In this document: positions 1 through 11,824 of the stretch, piece after piece | How positions within the stretch are numbered: position 1 is the stretch's first letter | Layout: every line of letters starts with the position of its first letter | NCBI GenBank assembly: GCA_963744965.1 | Contig: CAVUVT010000007.1 | Span: forward strand, 16,642 to 80,641 | Length of the DNA: 64,000 nt | Reading direction: 5' to 3' | Source: an uncultured Verrucomicrobiae bacterium | GTDB taxonomy: Bacteria > Verrucomicrobiota > Verrucomicrobiia > Limisphaerales > UBA11358 | Position numbers and translations under genes: made by a program | Notes under the pieces: model-generated | The model's input: only the letters and a program-made list of their open reading frames with translations | What the model was told of the DNA's origin: nothing | Database searches by the model: none

Positions 1-511
1 CGGCGAGCAGCAGCGCCGGCTGGTTCACCAGGGCGCGCGCGATAGCCACGCGCTGTTGCTGGCCGCCGGAGAGTTGATTGGGATAATGATCCGCCCGTTC
101 GCTCAGACCGACCAGTTCGAGGGCGCTTTGGGCGCGCTGGCGCTGCTCGTGCGCCGGGATGTGCTGATGGCTGTAAAGCATCGGCATCTCCACGTTTTCC
201 AGCGCGGAAGTGCGCGCGAGCAGGTTGAAGCCTTGAAAGACAAAACCGATCTTCCGGTTGCGAATGTCGGCCAGCGCGTTCCGGTCCAGTGTGGAAATGT
301 CAATGCCATCCAGGTCAAAACGGCCGCTGGTCGGGCGATCGAGACAGCCGATCAGGTTCATCAGGGTGGATTTGCCGGAGCCGCTGGCGCCCATGATGGC
401 GACAAATTCGCCGGGTAAAAGCTCCAGCGAAACGCCTTGCACGGCATGCACCTCCACCTCGCCCGTGTGGTAGGTCTTGCGCATGTCTTCCAGTTTGATG
501 ACGGAATTCAT
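1..511 (-). CDS. ABC transporter ATP-binding protein, MacB/LolD-like (runs off the window start)
   Basis: Hand translation from ATG 511: MNSVIKLEDMRKTYHTGEVEVHAVQGVSL..., Walker A GASGSGKST, signature LSGGQQQRVAIARAL; follows a MacA-like gene. Confidence 0.9.
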   Translation of the reverse strand, partial: MNSVIKLEDMRKTYHTGEVEVHAVQGVSLELLPGEFVAIMGASGSGKSTLMNLIGCLDRPTSGRFDLDGIDISTLDRNALADIRNRKIGFVFQGFNLLARTSALENVEMPMLYSHQHIPAHEQRQRAQSALELVGLSERADHYPNQLSGGQQQRVAIARALVNQPALLLA

Positions 512-565
512 TGGCTGCGGGTCGGCGGTGCTGCCATTCAAGATGGTTTCATTCCGGCCGGACGC

Positions 566-1846
566 TCAAAAACGCCGGCGCAGGGCGAACGGATTTTGCG
601 TTCCCTGATCTGAGGTCAGGCCGGGAATCGCCAGACCGGTGACCACCTGGTCGCCTGCCTTCAATCCCGACAGCACTTCGGTGTCAATATTGTCGGTGAT
701 GCCGGTCTTGACCTGCACGGGTTTCAGCCGGGTGTCTTTGCCGGTGGCATCGTGGCTCAACACATAGACGGTGTGCATCACCGGGTGTTCGCCCGGTTCG
801 TGAGCGCCCCGGCCGCCCCGCCCGGGTCCGCGGTTGCCCTCCCGTTCGCCATTGTTGTTATTGGCATTGGTGCCGCTGCCGGCGGCGAGCGCGTTGGTCT
901 CGACCCCGGCCATGTCCACCGGCTGAAAACGCAGCGCTGAATTGGGGATTGCCAAGACTTGGTTGTGTTGGGCGACAACGATGGAAACGCTGGCCGTCAT
1001 GCCGGGTTTCAGGCTGTAATCCGCGTTGGTCACGCCGATGACCGTGTCGTAAGTCACCACGTTGTTGACCGTGGTGGGCGCGTTGCGCACTTGGATGACG
1101 ATTCCGTGAAACGTGCGATTCGGGTAGGCGTCCACAGTGAAATCCACGCTTTGGCCATCCTTCACGCTGCCGATGTCCGCCTCGTCCACGGCGGTGTCAA
1201 TCTGCATCTTCGTCAGATCGTTCGCGATTTGAAACAGCGTCGGCGTGTTGAAACTGGAAGCAACCGTCTGTCCCAGATCCACCGCGCGCGAAATCACCAC
1301 GCCGTCCACCGGCGAATGAATTTTACAGTAGCCCAGGTTGGCGAGTGCGTTGGTGACCGAGGCCTCTTGAATTTGCACCTGTGCCGCAGCCTCGTCCCGC
1401 GTGGCGATGGCCGTGTCGTAATCGGAACTGGAAATCAATTTGTTCGTGAACAACTCGGCATTGCGCTCCGCCTCCGCCTGCTGCAACTCCAGATTGGCCC
1501 TCGCATTGGCCAGATTGGCTTTGGCTTGTTCGACCGCCGCCTGATAAGTCGAAGGGTCAATCTCCGCGATGACCTCATTCGACTTCACAATCGAATTGAA
1601 ATCCACGTTCAGTTTGGTGATAATGCCCGAAACCTGGCTGCCCACCGTCACGTTCACCACCGGATTCAGTGTGCCCGTTGCCGTCACCACTTGGGTCAAA
1701 TCTCCCCGGGTGACCGCGACCGTCTGGTACTCCGGCGCGTCGGTGTGGCCACGTTTGAAATACCAAACCCCGCCAGCAATGACCACACCGGTAGCCACAA
1801 TGACGATTGTCCGCTTCATCCAATGATTGCTCCGATTTTCTGCCAT
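566..1846 (-). CDS. Efflux periplasmic adaptor (MacA/HlyD family)
   Basis: N-terminal TM, VTVGSQVSG lipoyl-like half, coiled coil, IHSPVDGVVISR, LKPGMTA. Confidence 0.9.
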   Translation of the reverse strand: MAENRSNHWMKRTIVIVATGVVIAGGVWYFKRGHTDAPEYQTVAVTRGDLTQVVTATGTLNPVVNVTVGSQVSGIITKLNVDFNSIVKSNEVIAEIDPSTYQAAVEQAKANLANARANLELQQAEAERNAELFTNKLISSSDYDTAIATRDEAAAQVQIQEASVTNALANLGYCKIHSPVDGVVISRAVDLGQTVASSFNTPTLFQIANDLTKMQIDTAVDEADIGSVKDGQSVDFTVDAYPNRTFHGIVIQVRNAPTTVNNVVTYDTVIGVTNADYSLKPGMTASVSIVVAQHNQVLAIPNSALRFQPVDMAGVETNALAAGSGTNANNNNGEREGNRGPGRGGRGAHEPGEHPVMHTVYVLSHDATGKDTRLKPVQVKTGITDNIDTEVLSGLKAGDQVVTGLAIPGLTSDQGTQNPFALRRRF

Positions 1847-1985
1847 ATGATCGCAATTCGTCGGCTGTTGCCGTTTTAGACAAGGCCAGCGACCGACAAG
1901 TTACGTGATTTTGCGCAACTGTCCATGCTTTCATCCTTGCGCACTTTCGGTTTGAGCCGGGCGCGCCTGGGCTTAGAATTGTCCC

Positions 1986-3035
1986 GTGCTTGAACAGTTC
2001 ATTCCACAACTTGCCGCTGGGCATCCGCTCTCGGACGAACAAGTCCGCCTGGCGGTTGAACAATTAACCGACGAAAAAGTTCCGGCCGCCGGCAAAGCCG
2101 TCTTCCTGGCCGCGCTGGCACAAAAAGGTGAAACCCCCGGCGAAATCGCCGCGTTCGCCCGCGCCCTCCGTGACAAATCAATTCAACCGCCGCTCGATGC
2201 CGAAACCCGCGCGGGGGAAATCCTTGACGTCGTCGGCACCGGCGGCGATCGCCTGAGCACCTTTAATATCTCCACGACCGTCGCGCTCGTGGCGGCGGCG
2301 GCGGGGGTGGTGGTCGCCAAGCACGGCAACCGCGCCAACACCTCGCCCGTTGGCAGTGCAGATGTCATGGAAGCACTGGGAATTCCTTTTGATCTGGAGC
2401 CGGCGGACGCCGTCCGTTCGCTTCGCCGTCACAACTTCGCTTACTTCTTCGCGCCCAAATATCATCCGGCATTTCGGCACATCATTCCGGCGCGCAAGCT
2501 CTGCGCCGAACGCGGCCAGCCTACCATTTTCAACTTCCTCGGCCCGCTGCTGAATCCGGCCCGGCCCACCGCGATGCTGGTGGGAGTGCCGCGCCCGGAT
2601 TTTTGCGAACCGTTCGCCCGCGTCCTCCAGTCCCTCGGTGTGCGCCGCGCGATGGTGGTTTGCGGCGCGGCGCGGGATGAAACCGGGTCCCTTCGGCATC
2701 TCGATGAACTTTCCCCGCTGGGGCCGACCACAATTGCCGAGTTTTATCAGGAACGCGGGTTGGCTTGCTCAACGCTGTCGCCCGAGCCGTTTCCCTTGCA
2801 ACCGGCCGCGCTGGCCGATCTCCGCGGCGGAGACCGCGAAGTGAACGCCACCATCATCCGCCGCATCCTGCGCGGCGAGGAACGCGGTCCGAAGCGCGAC
2901 GCAGTCTTGTTAAATGCCGCCGCCGCACTCTTCGTCACGGGCAAAACAGAGTCGCTGGTTGAAGGCTGGGATTGGGCCGCTGAAATTATTGATGACGGGC
3001 GGGCAAACGCGAAACTGGCCGAACTCGCACACTGA
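1986..3035 (+). CDS. trpD: Anthranilate phosphoribosyltransferase
   Basis: DVVGTGGD, FNIST, KHGNR, GSADVMEALG, TIFNFLGPLLNP motifs. Confidence 0.95.
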   Translation: MLEQFIPQLAAGHPLSDEQVRLAVEQLTDEKVPAAGKAVFLAALAQKGETPGEIAAFARALRDKSIQPPLDAETRAGEILDVVGTGGDRLSTFNISTTVALVAAAAGVVVAKHGNRANTSPVGSADVMEALGIPFDLEPADAVRSLRRHNFAYFFAPKYHPAFRHIIPARKLCAERGQPTIFNFLGPLLNPARPTAMLVGVPRPDFCEPFARVLQSLGVRRAMVVCGAARDETGSLRHLDELSPLGPTTIAEFYQERGLACSTLSPEPFPLQPAALADLRGGDREVNATIIRRILRGEERGPKRDAVLLNAAAALFVTGKTESLVEGWDWAAEIIDDGRANAKLAELAH

Positions 3036-3038
3036 TGT

Positions 3039-3725
3039 TCACGGCGATTCTTCGGCAGCTTCAGTAGTTTCGGCGATTTCCTGCGAGGCGTAGTGCAGGC
3101 CGAGGTTGTGCTGGGCGGTTTTGTCGCCTTGCCGTGCGGCGCGGATGAACCACTTCACGGCCTCCTGCTGATTTTGCTCCACACCGCGTCCGGTTTGGTA
3201 ACAAAGGCCAAGATTGCACTGCGCGGGCGCGCATTCCTGTTCGGCGGCGTCGCGATACCATTTGACGGCCAGTTTGAAATTTTGCGGCACGACCTGGCCC
3301 GTCTCGTAAAAAACTCCCAGATTGAATTGTGCCGCCGGGTAACCGCGCTCCGCTGATTCGCGATACCATTTCACCGCTTCGGCGTAATTCTGCGTCACGC
3401 CCTGGCCGGTTTCGTAGAGCATGCCGAGGTTAAATTGCGCCGCGGGATCGTTTTGTTCCGCCGCTTCGCGCAACCATTTGGCCGCCTCGCCAAATTCCTG
3501 CGGCACACCGGCGCCGTTCAAATAACACACGCCAAGATAACATTGCGCGACCGGGTCGCCTTGTTCCGCCGAACGGCGAAACCATTTTACCGCCTCCTGA
3601 TAGTCCTGCGTCACGCCCTGGCCGTTCTGGAAACAGACACCGAGATAGCACTGCGCCTGCGCATCGCCTTCTTCGGCGGCGCGGCGCATCTCTTCAAATG
3701 TGTCCCAAGTGCGACGGTTTGACAT
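3039..3725 (-). CDS. Sel1-repeat protein
   Basis: About five 36-aa repeats AQxxLGxxYxxGxGVxQxxxEAVKWxRxAAEQG. Confidence 0.9.
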   Translation of the reverse strand: MSNRRTWDTFEEMRRAAEEGDAQAQCYLGVCFQNGQGVTQDYQEAVKWFRRSAEQGDPVAQCYLGVCYLNGAGVPQEFGEAAKWLREAAEQNDPAAQFNLGMLYETGQGVTQNYAEAVKWYRESAERGYPAAQFNLGVFYETGQVVPQNFKLAVKWYRDAAEQECAPAQCNLGLCYQTGRGVEQNQQEAVKWFIRAARQGDKTAQHNLGLHYASQEIAETTEAAEESP

Positions 3726-3858
3726 GGCGTAAAAATCGAAATTGTGACATCCTTTTTGTGCCGGCTCTAAAATAGATTGTATTCACGCGAATTCAAGCCG
3801 TGAATTCATCGGCGCGTTTTCACTTCCGCTGCGCGAACCGGCCTGCTAAAAAGCTCCC

Positions 3859-4674
3859 ATGGCAACCCCATTAACCATCGGCTTTCTCGGCGCGGGCAAG
3901 ATGGCCACGGCACTGGCGCGTGGCTTCATTCGCGCGGAAATTGTTTTTCCAAAAGAAATCATCGCCAGCGACTTGTCCGAGGTGGCACGCGCCGCCTTCA
4001 CAAAGGAAACCGGCACCGAAACCACCTCGTCCAGTGCCGACGTTTTGAAATTCGCCAAGGTGCTGATTCTGGCCGTGAAACCCGACCAGGTCGCCGGGGT
4101 TCTGGCCGAACAACGCGGCAATTTCACCAACGAGCATCTGCTGATTTCCATCGCCGCCGGGGTGACGCTCGTCAAAATGGAAGCGGTGCTGCCCGTCGGC
4201 GCGCGCATTGTCCGCGTCATGCCCAACACGCCCGCGCTTGTGGGCGAGGCGGCGGCGGCGTTTGCACTCGGCAAATCGGCGACGGCAGCGGACGGCGAAC
4301 TGGCGAAGAAACTTCTTTCCGCCGTCGGCATCGCGTTTCCAGTGAAGGAATCGTTGCTCGACGCCGTGACGGGCTTGAGCGGCAGCGGCCCGGCTTACGT
4401 TTATCAATTCATCGAAGCATTAAGCGACGGCGGCGTGGCGGCGGGCTTGCCGCGCGACATTGCGACCAAGCTGGCGGCGCAGACGGTTTTGGGCGCAGCC
4501 AAAATGGTTTTGGAAACCGGCCAGCATCCTGGCGCGCTCAAGGACCAGGTCACCAGCCCCGGCGGCACGACGATTGAAGGCCTGCACGAACTGGAAAAAG
4601 GCAAACTGCGCGCCACGGTGATGAGCGCCGTCCGCGCCGCGACGGAGAAATCGAAGAAGCTGGGACAAAATTGA
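3859..4674 (+). CDS. proC: Pyrroline-5-carboxylate reductase
   Basis: GFLGAGKM, RVMPNTP, GLSGSGPAY, VTSPGGTT. Confidence 0.95.
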   Translation: MATPLTIGFLGAGKMATALARGFIRAEIVFPKEIIASDLSEVARAAFTKETGTETTSSSADVLKFAKVLILAVKPDQVAGVLAEQRGNFTNEHLLISIAAGVTLVKMEAVLPVGARIVRVMPNTPALVGEAAAAFALGKSATAADGELAKKLLSAVGIAFPVKESLLDAVTGLSGSGPAYVYQFIEALSDGGVAAGLPRDIATKLAAQTVLGAAKMVLETGQHPGALKDQVTSPGGTTIEGLHELEKGKLRATVMSAVRAATEKSKKLGQN

Positions 4675-5390
4675 AACTTAAAGCCATGACACCGTTGAAT
4701 CTTATTCGTGAATTGTTTAGCAATCCACTGAAGCAATCGAAACAAACTAAGCAGGCGGAACAAGTGAGTCGTCTGCAAAAGAAAACTCGCGCAAAGGTTG
4801 ATGCGGTCTATGGCCCTGTAGGCGATCTTGGAACAGCGATTGTCAGTGCTGCGTTCAACACTTATCAGAATCTTGCCCAAGTGTTCGGCTTCCGTGTGCA
4901 GGGCGCACCATCCGAGCCGCAGATGCTAACATTCTACGAATTTCTCTACTTCTATTCTCACATAATGTTGAGAACGGCAGCCGCAAAAGGTTTCACGCAA
5001 CCTCAAATTGAAAAGCTGCAAGGCTACCTTGGCCCACTGCTTGCCTCGACCGCAGTGGATTCTTTCATAGGTCACTGGCCTGATGATTTCTGAAAAAGGT
5101 TGCGGAGAGATTTCTATGATGGGCTAAACATTGCAGAGCAAGAGTATTCACAGTGTAGAGGACTTCTGTCGCCAGATGACCCACTCAACGAAGACACGCT
5201 GGTGGGAAAATTGGCGCGCAACATTGCCGACTTGTGGGAACGCTCCTCCAATGAACCAGCCAAGGTCGCTGTGGCCACTGCCGTTCTAAAAGCGTTCCCG
5301 GCCATGCAACTTGACCAGCTTATAGCCAAAGTTGCATCCGTGATCGACTCTGTAGATGTCGAAGGGATCCGCGAATTCCTAGAACGATGA
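4671..5390 (+). pseudogene. Hypothetical protein interrupted by an in-frame TGA at 5091-5093
   Basis: ORFs 4671-5093 and 5100-5390 are in the same frame (GHWPDDF*KRLRRDFYDG); codon usage differs from flanking genes. Confidence 0.5.
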
Positions 5391-5530
5391 AGATCATTCC
5401 AAAACAACGCAGTTTTGTTTTCCCGGATTGGCACAAAACGGTTTTGACAAAGCGCCTCACCAAAGTTGAAGCCGGCAAAGGCGAATTCCTAACGCTCGCG
5501 CAACTCAAGAAGCGCCTCCAAAAATTGTAG
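5387..5530 (+). CDS. Small protein resembling the C-terminal half of a putative addiction-module antitoxin component
   Basis: Hand translation MKIIPKQRSFVFPDWHKTVLTKRLTKVEAGKGEFLTLAQLKKRLQKL; PxWH..L..R...G..EF pattern; ATGA overlap with the upstream stop. Confidence 0.5.
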   Translation: MKIIPKQRSFVFPDWHKTVLTKRLTKVEAGKGEFLTLAQLKKRLQKL

Positions 5531-5588
5531 TAGACGACGTGAGGAGTCTCTAATTTATAGAATGAGCCTCGTCACCTCGGCTCCTACA
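5526..5588. repeat. GTAG-type REP doublet (related copy at 17034-17101)
   Basis: TGTAG..GACGACGTGAGGAGTCTC ... GAGCCTCGTCACCTCGGCTCCTACA imperfect inverted pair between convergent genes. Confidence 0.6.
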
Positions 5589-5593
5589 AAACT

Positions 5594-6181
5594 TCAACGC
5601 CTGGCGATTAACTCCCGCACGTCCACCGCGGCCATGCCCGCCGCGCGAATGGCTTGCAGGCCGAGGTCGGTATCTTCGTAGGCGCGGCAAAATTTCGGCT
5701 CCACACCGATGCGCCGCGCGGCTTCGAGAAAAATGTCCGGCGCGGGTTTCTGGTTTTTTACCATCTCACTCGTCACGATGGCATCGAACAGATGCCGGAT
5801 GTTCAGGCGTTCCAGCACGAGGATGATGATTTTTTCAGTGCCGCCGGACGCAACGGCCATCGGGATTTTGCCGTGATTTGCCTTCGCAATCTCCACAACG
5901 GCGTGGATGGGTTCGACCTGCGAAAGAGTCGTCAGGTAAGTTTCCTCTTTTTCGTGCGCGACGGCGATATGGTCGAGCGACCGGCCCTGTTCCTGCGCGA
6001 GCAGCTTGAGAATATCGCGCGCCGGGACTCCGCCGAGCGAATAAAAACGGTCTTCGGGAAAATGAAGGCCATACCGTTGCGTGACCATGTGCCACGCACT
6101 CCAGTGCAATGGCATCGTGTCGGCCAGGGTGCCGTCGCAATCGAAAATAAGTCCGCGCGGTTCAAAGTGTGTGGTTTTCAT
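5594..6181 (-). CDS. HAD-superfamily phosphatase (YqaB/beta-phosphoglucomutase-like)
   Basis: FDCDGTLADT, KPAPDIF, YEDT motifs. Confidence 0.9.
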   Translation of the reverse strand: MKTTHFEPRGLIFDCDGTLADTMPLHWSAWHMVTQRYGLHFPEDRFYSLGGVPARDILKLLAQEQGRSLDHIAVAHEKEETYLTTLSQVEPIHAVVEIAKANHGKIPMAVASGGTEKIIILVLERLNIRHLFDAIVTSEMVKNQKPAPDIFLEAARRIGVEPKFCRAYEDTDLGLQAIRAAGMAAVDVRELIARR

Positions 6182-6297
6182 TTTCGTCAGATGATGTTCG
6201 TCGGTCTATAAAGCCGGGCAGCGCTTCCAGCCTGCCTCCAAAAAAATCTGCCGCTCAAGCGGTTTTCTCAAAATTTGAGACTGGCAAGATGCCAGTC

Positions 6298-7377
<1,080 letters not shown>

Positions 7378-7458
7378 TTTGGATTTTCGATTTCGGATTT
7401 ATGATCGACGCGTCAATGGCAAATCGTAAATCGCAAATTTCGCGGGCATGGGCTTTGG

Positions 7459-7500
7459 AAAAGAAACCGCCTGCATTCTGCCGAAACAGAGCGCAGGCGG
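7459..7500 (-). terminator. Probable intrinsic terminator after rpmE
   Basis: CCGCCTGC...GCAGGCGG stem followed on the minus strand by TTTCTTTT. Confidence 0.5.
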
Positions 7501-7515
7501 ATAAATGTCAAAAAG

Positions 7516-7761
7516 CTACTTCTTTTTTTTCTTTGTGGCGGCAAACGCCTCTTGGGCGGCTTGCGTCTTGGCGGCACGTTGCTGGAATTTGTCCACGCGG
7601 CCGGCGGTGTCCACGAACTTTTGCTGGCCGGTGTAAAACGGGTGGCACACGTTGCAAATGCCCACGATGATCACGGGCTTGGTGGAGCGGGTCTTGATCT
7701 CATTGCCGCAAGCGCAACGGATTTCGGCGTCCACATATTTCGGATGTATGTCCGTCTTCAT
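7516..7761 (-). CDS. rpmE: 50S ribosomal protein L31 (Zn-binding type)
   Basis: MKTDIHPKY...CACG...[10 protein letters not shown]...GRVDKF. Confidence 0.97.
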   Translation of the reverse strand: MKTDIHPKYVDAEIRCACGNEIKTRSTKPVIIVGICNVCHPFYTGQQKFVDTAGRVDKFQQRAAKTQAAQEAFAATKKKKK

Positions 7762-8010
7762 AAAAAAGGCCCGCAAGCTTACCACGAACGAGCCGGATGA
7801 CAAGGGGGAATTTGCAGGAATACGGCGCCGCCCGTTAGGAGATCTCGTTTGCTTACAAGAGGTTTGTTTCAAGAGAAATATCGCACGGTGCAAATTGTGC
7901 GTTGGTATCGGCAAGAATTTTTCGTATAAACCTGCTTCCCTCTGTTAAAATCAATTATGAGTGATTTTCCCTTTGCGCGAATGGCGCGTAAAGTTTAACG
8001 TTTTTTGGCT

Positions 8011-8084
8011 TGTCCGATGGTGTAACGGTAACACAGCGCCCTTTGGAGGCGTTATTCATGGTTCGAATCCATGTCGGACAGCCA
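8011..8084 (+). tRNA. tRNA-Gln(TTG)
   Basis: Acceptor TGTCCGA/TCGGACA, anticodon arm GCGCC-CTTTGGA-GGCGT, GGTTCGAATCC, encoded CCA. Confidence 0.95.
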
Positions 8085-8099
8085 AACTTTTATTTTACC

Positions 8100-10058
8100 T
8101 TACTCCTCTAATTCCGGCTCGCAGGTTCCACAAGCCTCGGCGTCGGTCGATAAATCGTTTGCTTGTCCTGTCCCCCCACAACGCTTCAACCAAACCAAGA
8201 GGATGCTGATGTCGGCGGGCGACACCCCGGAAATTCGAGCCGCCTGACCGATGGTCGTTGGCCGAATTTTTGAAAGCTTCTGGCGCGCTTCAAGGCGCAA
8301 GCTTGGGACTGTCGAGAATTCAAAAGTGTTGGGAATCTGCTTGTCCTCCAAATTTTTGAACTTCTCAATTTCTGCCTCCTGCCGTTCGATGTAACCAGCA
8401 TATTTGATGGCGATCTCAACTTGCTGGATTACTTCCTCGGACAGGGTGTCGTTGCGGTTCGGCAAATCTTTGTAGCCAACTTCAGGCCTGGAAAGAATTT
8501 TTGCTAGGGAAATGTTTTTACAATATGTTGAGTATAAACGCTTTAACTCGTCATAAATGGCTTTTTGTTTGGAGCAGAATATTGAATACTTGCGTTCTTG
8601 TAAAAGCCCGATTTCATGTCCGATGTCTGATAGCCGCATATCGGCATTGTCTTGGCGGAGCAAAAGACGGTATTCAGCGCGCGAGGTGAACATCCGGTAA
8701 GGTTCAGTTGTGCCTTTGGTGACCAAATCATCAATCAGGACGCCAATGTACGCTTGGTCGCGCCGCAGGATGATGGGATCGAATGAATTGATGCTTCTGA
8801 CTGCATTAATTCCAGCGATGATTCCTTGAGCGCCAGCTTCTTCATAGCCGGAGGTTCCGTTGATTTGTCCGGCTAAAAACAGATTCTTACAAGCCTTTGT
8901 TTCCAAGGACGGCAGTAATTGTGTTGGGTAAGCAAAATCATATTCCACGGCATAGGCTGGACGCACGATTTCAGCGTTTTCGCAACCGATGATTGTTCTA
9001 ACCAACTCTACTTGAATTTCAAACGGCAGACTTGTTGAGAAGCCGTTGACGTAGAATTCGTCGGTTTCAATCCCCTCTGGCTCAAGGAAAATTTGATGCC
9101 GCTCCTTTTCCGGAAACTTCACAATTTTATCCTCAATTGACGGACAATATCTTGGCCCGATTCCTTCAATAGTACCTGAATATAAAGGAGATTTGTGTAG
9201 ATTTGACCGAACTATTCCAGCGGTTTTTTTTGTGGTAAATGTTATGAAGCAGCTCAATTGGCCGTTGATTTTATCCAAGATCGAACCCGGCGGATATTTG
9301 CCAGCGGAATGGCCACTGCCATACATTTTTTTGCCCAGTTGTTCCATGTGGAACAAATCATCCCTCCAAAATGTGAAATAGGGAACTGGTTCGTCTCCCG
9401 ATTGAGTTTCCGTCTTGGAGAAGTCAATTGATCGCTTCAAGAGTCGCGGTGGGGTTCCGGTTTTTAGCCGACCGAGCTCAACACCGATCTCTTTGAGTGA
9501 TGCTGACAGGCCTAATGCGGCCAAGTCGCCAGCCCGCCCGCCAAGCTGCTGCTTCGAGCCAACATGCATCAAACCTCGGAGGAATGTCCCGGTCGTTATT
9601 ATTATTGCTTTTCCAAGGTACTGGACGTCAAGTGTAGTCTCGACCCCAAAGGCTATTCCGTCCTTTTGAAGGATTTTTGCCGTTTGTCCCTGTTTTAAAT
9701 CCAAATTAGGTTCTGATTCACAAACCCATTTAAGGCGAAATTGATAGGCTTTTTTGTCACACTGAGCTCTTGGTGCCCAAACAGCCGGACCCTTTTTTGT
9801 GTTCAACATCCTGAATTGCAGGCCGGTCATGTCTGTAGCCTTGCCCATTTCTCCCCCCAGAGCATCAATTTCGCGCGCTAGATGCCCTTTTGCGAGTCCG
9901 CCGATGGCAGGGTTGCAAGACATCTGTCCGATGGAATCTGCATTCATCGTGAGCAGCAAAGTTTGACAGCCCATTCTGGCTGCTGCCAATGCGGCTTCTA
10001 TTCCAGCATGGCCGGCACCGACAACAATGACGTCGTATTGTTTTGGATAGACGAACAT
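8100..10058 (-). CDS. mnmG: tRNA uridine-5-carboxymethylaminomethyl(34) synthesis enzyme MnmG (GidA)
   Basis: VVGAGHAG, MSCNPAIGG, RLKTGTPPR, GPRYCPSIEDK, GQINGTSGYEEA, YRMFTSRAEYR. Confidence 0.98.
   Translation of the reverse strand: MFVYPKQYDVIVVGAGHAGIEAALAAARMGCQTLLLTMNADSIGQMSCNPAIGGLAKGHLAREIDALGGEMGKATDMTGLQFRMLNTKKGPAVWAPRAQCDKKAYQFRLKWVCESEPNLDLKQGQTAKILQKDGIAFGVETTLDVQYLGKAIIITTGTFLRGLMHVGSKQQLGGRAGDLAALGLSASLKEIGVELGRLKTGTPPRLLKRSIDFSKTETQSGDEPVPYFTFWRDDLFHMEQLGKKMYGSGHSAGKYPPGSILDKINGQLSCFITFTTKKTAGIVRSNLHKSPLYSGTIEGIGPRYCPSIEDKIVKFPEKERHQIFLEPEGIETDEFYVNGFSTSLPFEIQVELVRTIIGCENAEIVRPAYAVEYDFAYPTQLLPSLETKACKNLFLAGQINGTSGYEEAGAQGIIAGINAVRSINSFDPIILRRDQAYIGVLIDDLVTKGTTEPYRMFTSRAEYRLLLRQDNADMRLSDIGHEIGLLQERKYSIFCSKQKAIYDELKRLYSTYCKNISLAKILSRPEVGYKDLPNRNDTLSEEVIQQVEIAIKYAGYIERQEAEIEKFKNLEDKQIPNTFEFSTVPSLRLEARQKLSKIRPTTIGQAARISGVSPADISILLVWLKRCGGTGQANDLSTDAEACGTCEPELEE
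9340..9355. promoter_or_regulatory. parS-like centromere site inside mnmG
   Basis: TGTTCCATGTGGAACA, a near-perfect 16-bp palindrome matching the parS consensus TGTTNCACGTGNAACA with one mismatch. Confidence 0.75.
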
Positions 10059-10064
10059 TAGAAA

Positions 10065-11660
10065 TTAAGTTGCAGCGTACATGCGTTCTAATATGCTGCC
10101 ATCAAACGACTTATAAGCGACGACTTTTTGATTAGTGGATAGATGTTCGCATATTTTGAAGATGTGTTCAACGTCATCTTCCGCATCAATGCCTTTAGTA
10201 ATTTCTTCGACGCTAAACCCTGTGCCAGGCTGTTTGGAGAGAAAATCCAACACCTTGCGCTGTGCTTCAATCACCTTACTAGCCGCCTTCTTCCCAGCCT
10301 CGACTCCAGGTTGGTGGTAGGCGTTGACGTTGATCAATGAGGCATAGAGGCCGACAGCGCGTTCAAATAACGCGATCAGCATTCCAACCACGAAGGGAGA
10401 TATTTCTTTGACAGTGATGGAAACGGATTCCCTATCCTTTTCTGCCAGTGCTTGGCGTGTCCCCAAGTAAAATCCGTGAAGATAATCCCCAGACGTCACT
10501 TTTGATTCTACCTCTAATTTTTGGCTATCCCCATCATTCAAAACCTCGATAAAGGTGACAAAGAAATTGTTTGGTCCATCCCTAAGCTGTTGAACATATG
10601 AGTGCTGGTCTGTTGCCCCCTTGTTTCCGAATACCACAATTCCCTGATTGACCAGAACTTGATCCAAATTATCCTCTTTTCCGAGTGATTCCATCACAAG
10701 CTGTTGGAGATACTTAGAAAACAGTTCCAAACGGTCTTTATAGGGTAAAACGACCATACTTTTTGTTCCTTTACCGTTACCTGACACGTACCAAGCCAAT
10801 GCAAGCAGAGCTGCAGGATTAGCTTCAACGTTATAAATCCTTGTTGATTTGTCGCACTCACAAGCTCCTAAAATCAAATTAGTTATGTCAATTCCTTGTA
10901 GCGCGGCCGGTAGTAGGCCGACAGGTGATAACTCGCTGGTTCGGCCCCCGATCCAATCCCACATTGGAAATCGCATTACCCATTTGTTCTTAAAGGCGCG
11001 CTTATCAAGTTCGCTGCCGTGAGTGGTAATGGCGACTGCGTGTTGTCCGAAATGAAGACCGACGCGTTTGAAAGCACTTTCTGCTACCAGCATTCCGTTG
11101 CGGGTTTCCTTGGTGCCGCCGGATTTGGAGATAACGATGCAAAGAGTTTTACCCAGATCGGATCCAATCGTAGCAAGAACCCTGTCCATGCCATCGGGAT
11201 CGGTGTTATCAAAGAAAAAGGGCTTGAGCTTGTCGGTGCGTGGATCACCCAAAGCATGGGCGACAAATTGCGGTCCTAGCGCTGATCCGCCAATACCAAT
11301 CAAAAGATAATTTTCAAACAGCCCGCCAGCACCGCGAATTTTGCCCGTGTGAATTTTAGCCGCGAATTTCTTGATTCGGGCGACAGTATATTCAATCTCC
11401 TTGCGAATTTCCGGCGATGGCGCGAGCGGTGGATTTCGCAACCAATAATGCCCAACCATCCGGTTTTCATCTGGATTGGCGATGGCCCCGGATTCGAGCG
11501 CTGTCATGTTGGCGAACGCCTTTTGCATTTGTGGTTCCATTGCCGCGAAGAATGAATCATCCACATTCATCCGGCTCAAATCCACGGCCAGCCCAAGTTT
11601 CGGAAACTCAGTGTAATATTTTTGAAATCGCTCCCACCATTCCAGCTTTGAGTAATTCAT
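10065..11660 (-). CDS. pgi: Glucose-6-phosphate isomerase
   Basis: [53 protein letters not shown]; start could be 11675. Confidence 0.95.
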   Translation of the reverse strand: MNYSKLEWWERFQKYYTEFPKLGLAVDLSRMNVDDSFFAAMEPQMQKAFANMTALESGAIANPDENRMVGHYWLRNPPLAPSPEIRKEIEYTVARIKKFAAKIHTGKIRGAGGLFENYLLIGIGGSALGPQFVAHALGDPRTDKLKPFFFDNTDPDGMDRVLATIGSDLGKTLCIVISKSGGTKETRNGMLVAESAFKRVGLHFGQHAVAITTHGSELDKRAFKNKWVMRFPMWDWIGGRTSELSPVGLLPAALQGIDITNLILGACECDKSTRIYNVEANPAALLALAWYVSGNGKGTKSMVVLPYKDRLELFSKYLQQLVMESLGKEDNLDQVLVNQGIVVFGNKGATDQHSYVQQLRDGPNNFFVTFIEVLNDGDSQKLEVESKVTSGDYLHGFYLGTRQALAEKDRESVSITVKEISPFVVGMLIALFERAVGLYASLINVNAYHQPGVEAGKKAASKVIEAQRKVLDFLSKQPGTGFSVEEITKGIDAEDDVEHIFKICEHLSTNQKVVAYKSFDGSILERMYAAT

Positions 11661-11824
11661 AAAATCGGAAATCATGTCGAATAAACTCGACTGCAACGTC
11701 TGGCAAGAAAATAGCGTGTACGAACAAATTCGCAATGAGCGAAGTCTGGACAATTAGAAGGCTGAATTAGACTCGAACTTCGGGCAACCAACAGAACAGG
11801 AAGTTGGTCAACTTCGCACCTTGT

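Noticed and set aside
5091-5093. In-frame TGA as another selenocysteine site
   Set aside because: No nearby Cys or redox motif, no convincing hairpin downstream and no paralog support; a nonsense mutation or read error is more likely.
8100-11660. Horizontally acquired island suggested by low GC
   Set aside because: Contains core genes, has gradual boundaries and no mobility genes or flanking repeats; transfer is not excluded without phylogeny.
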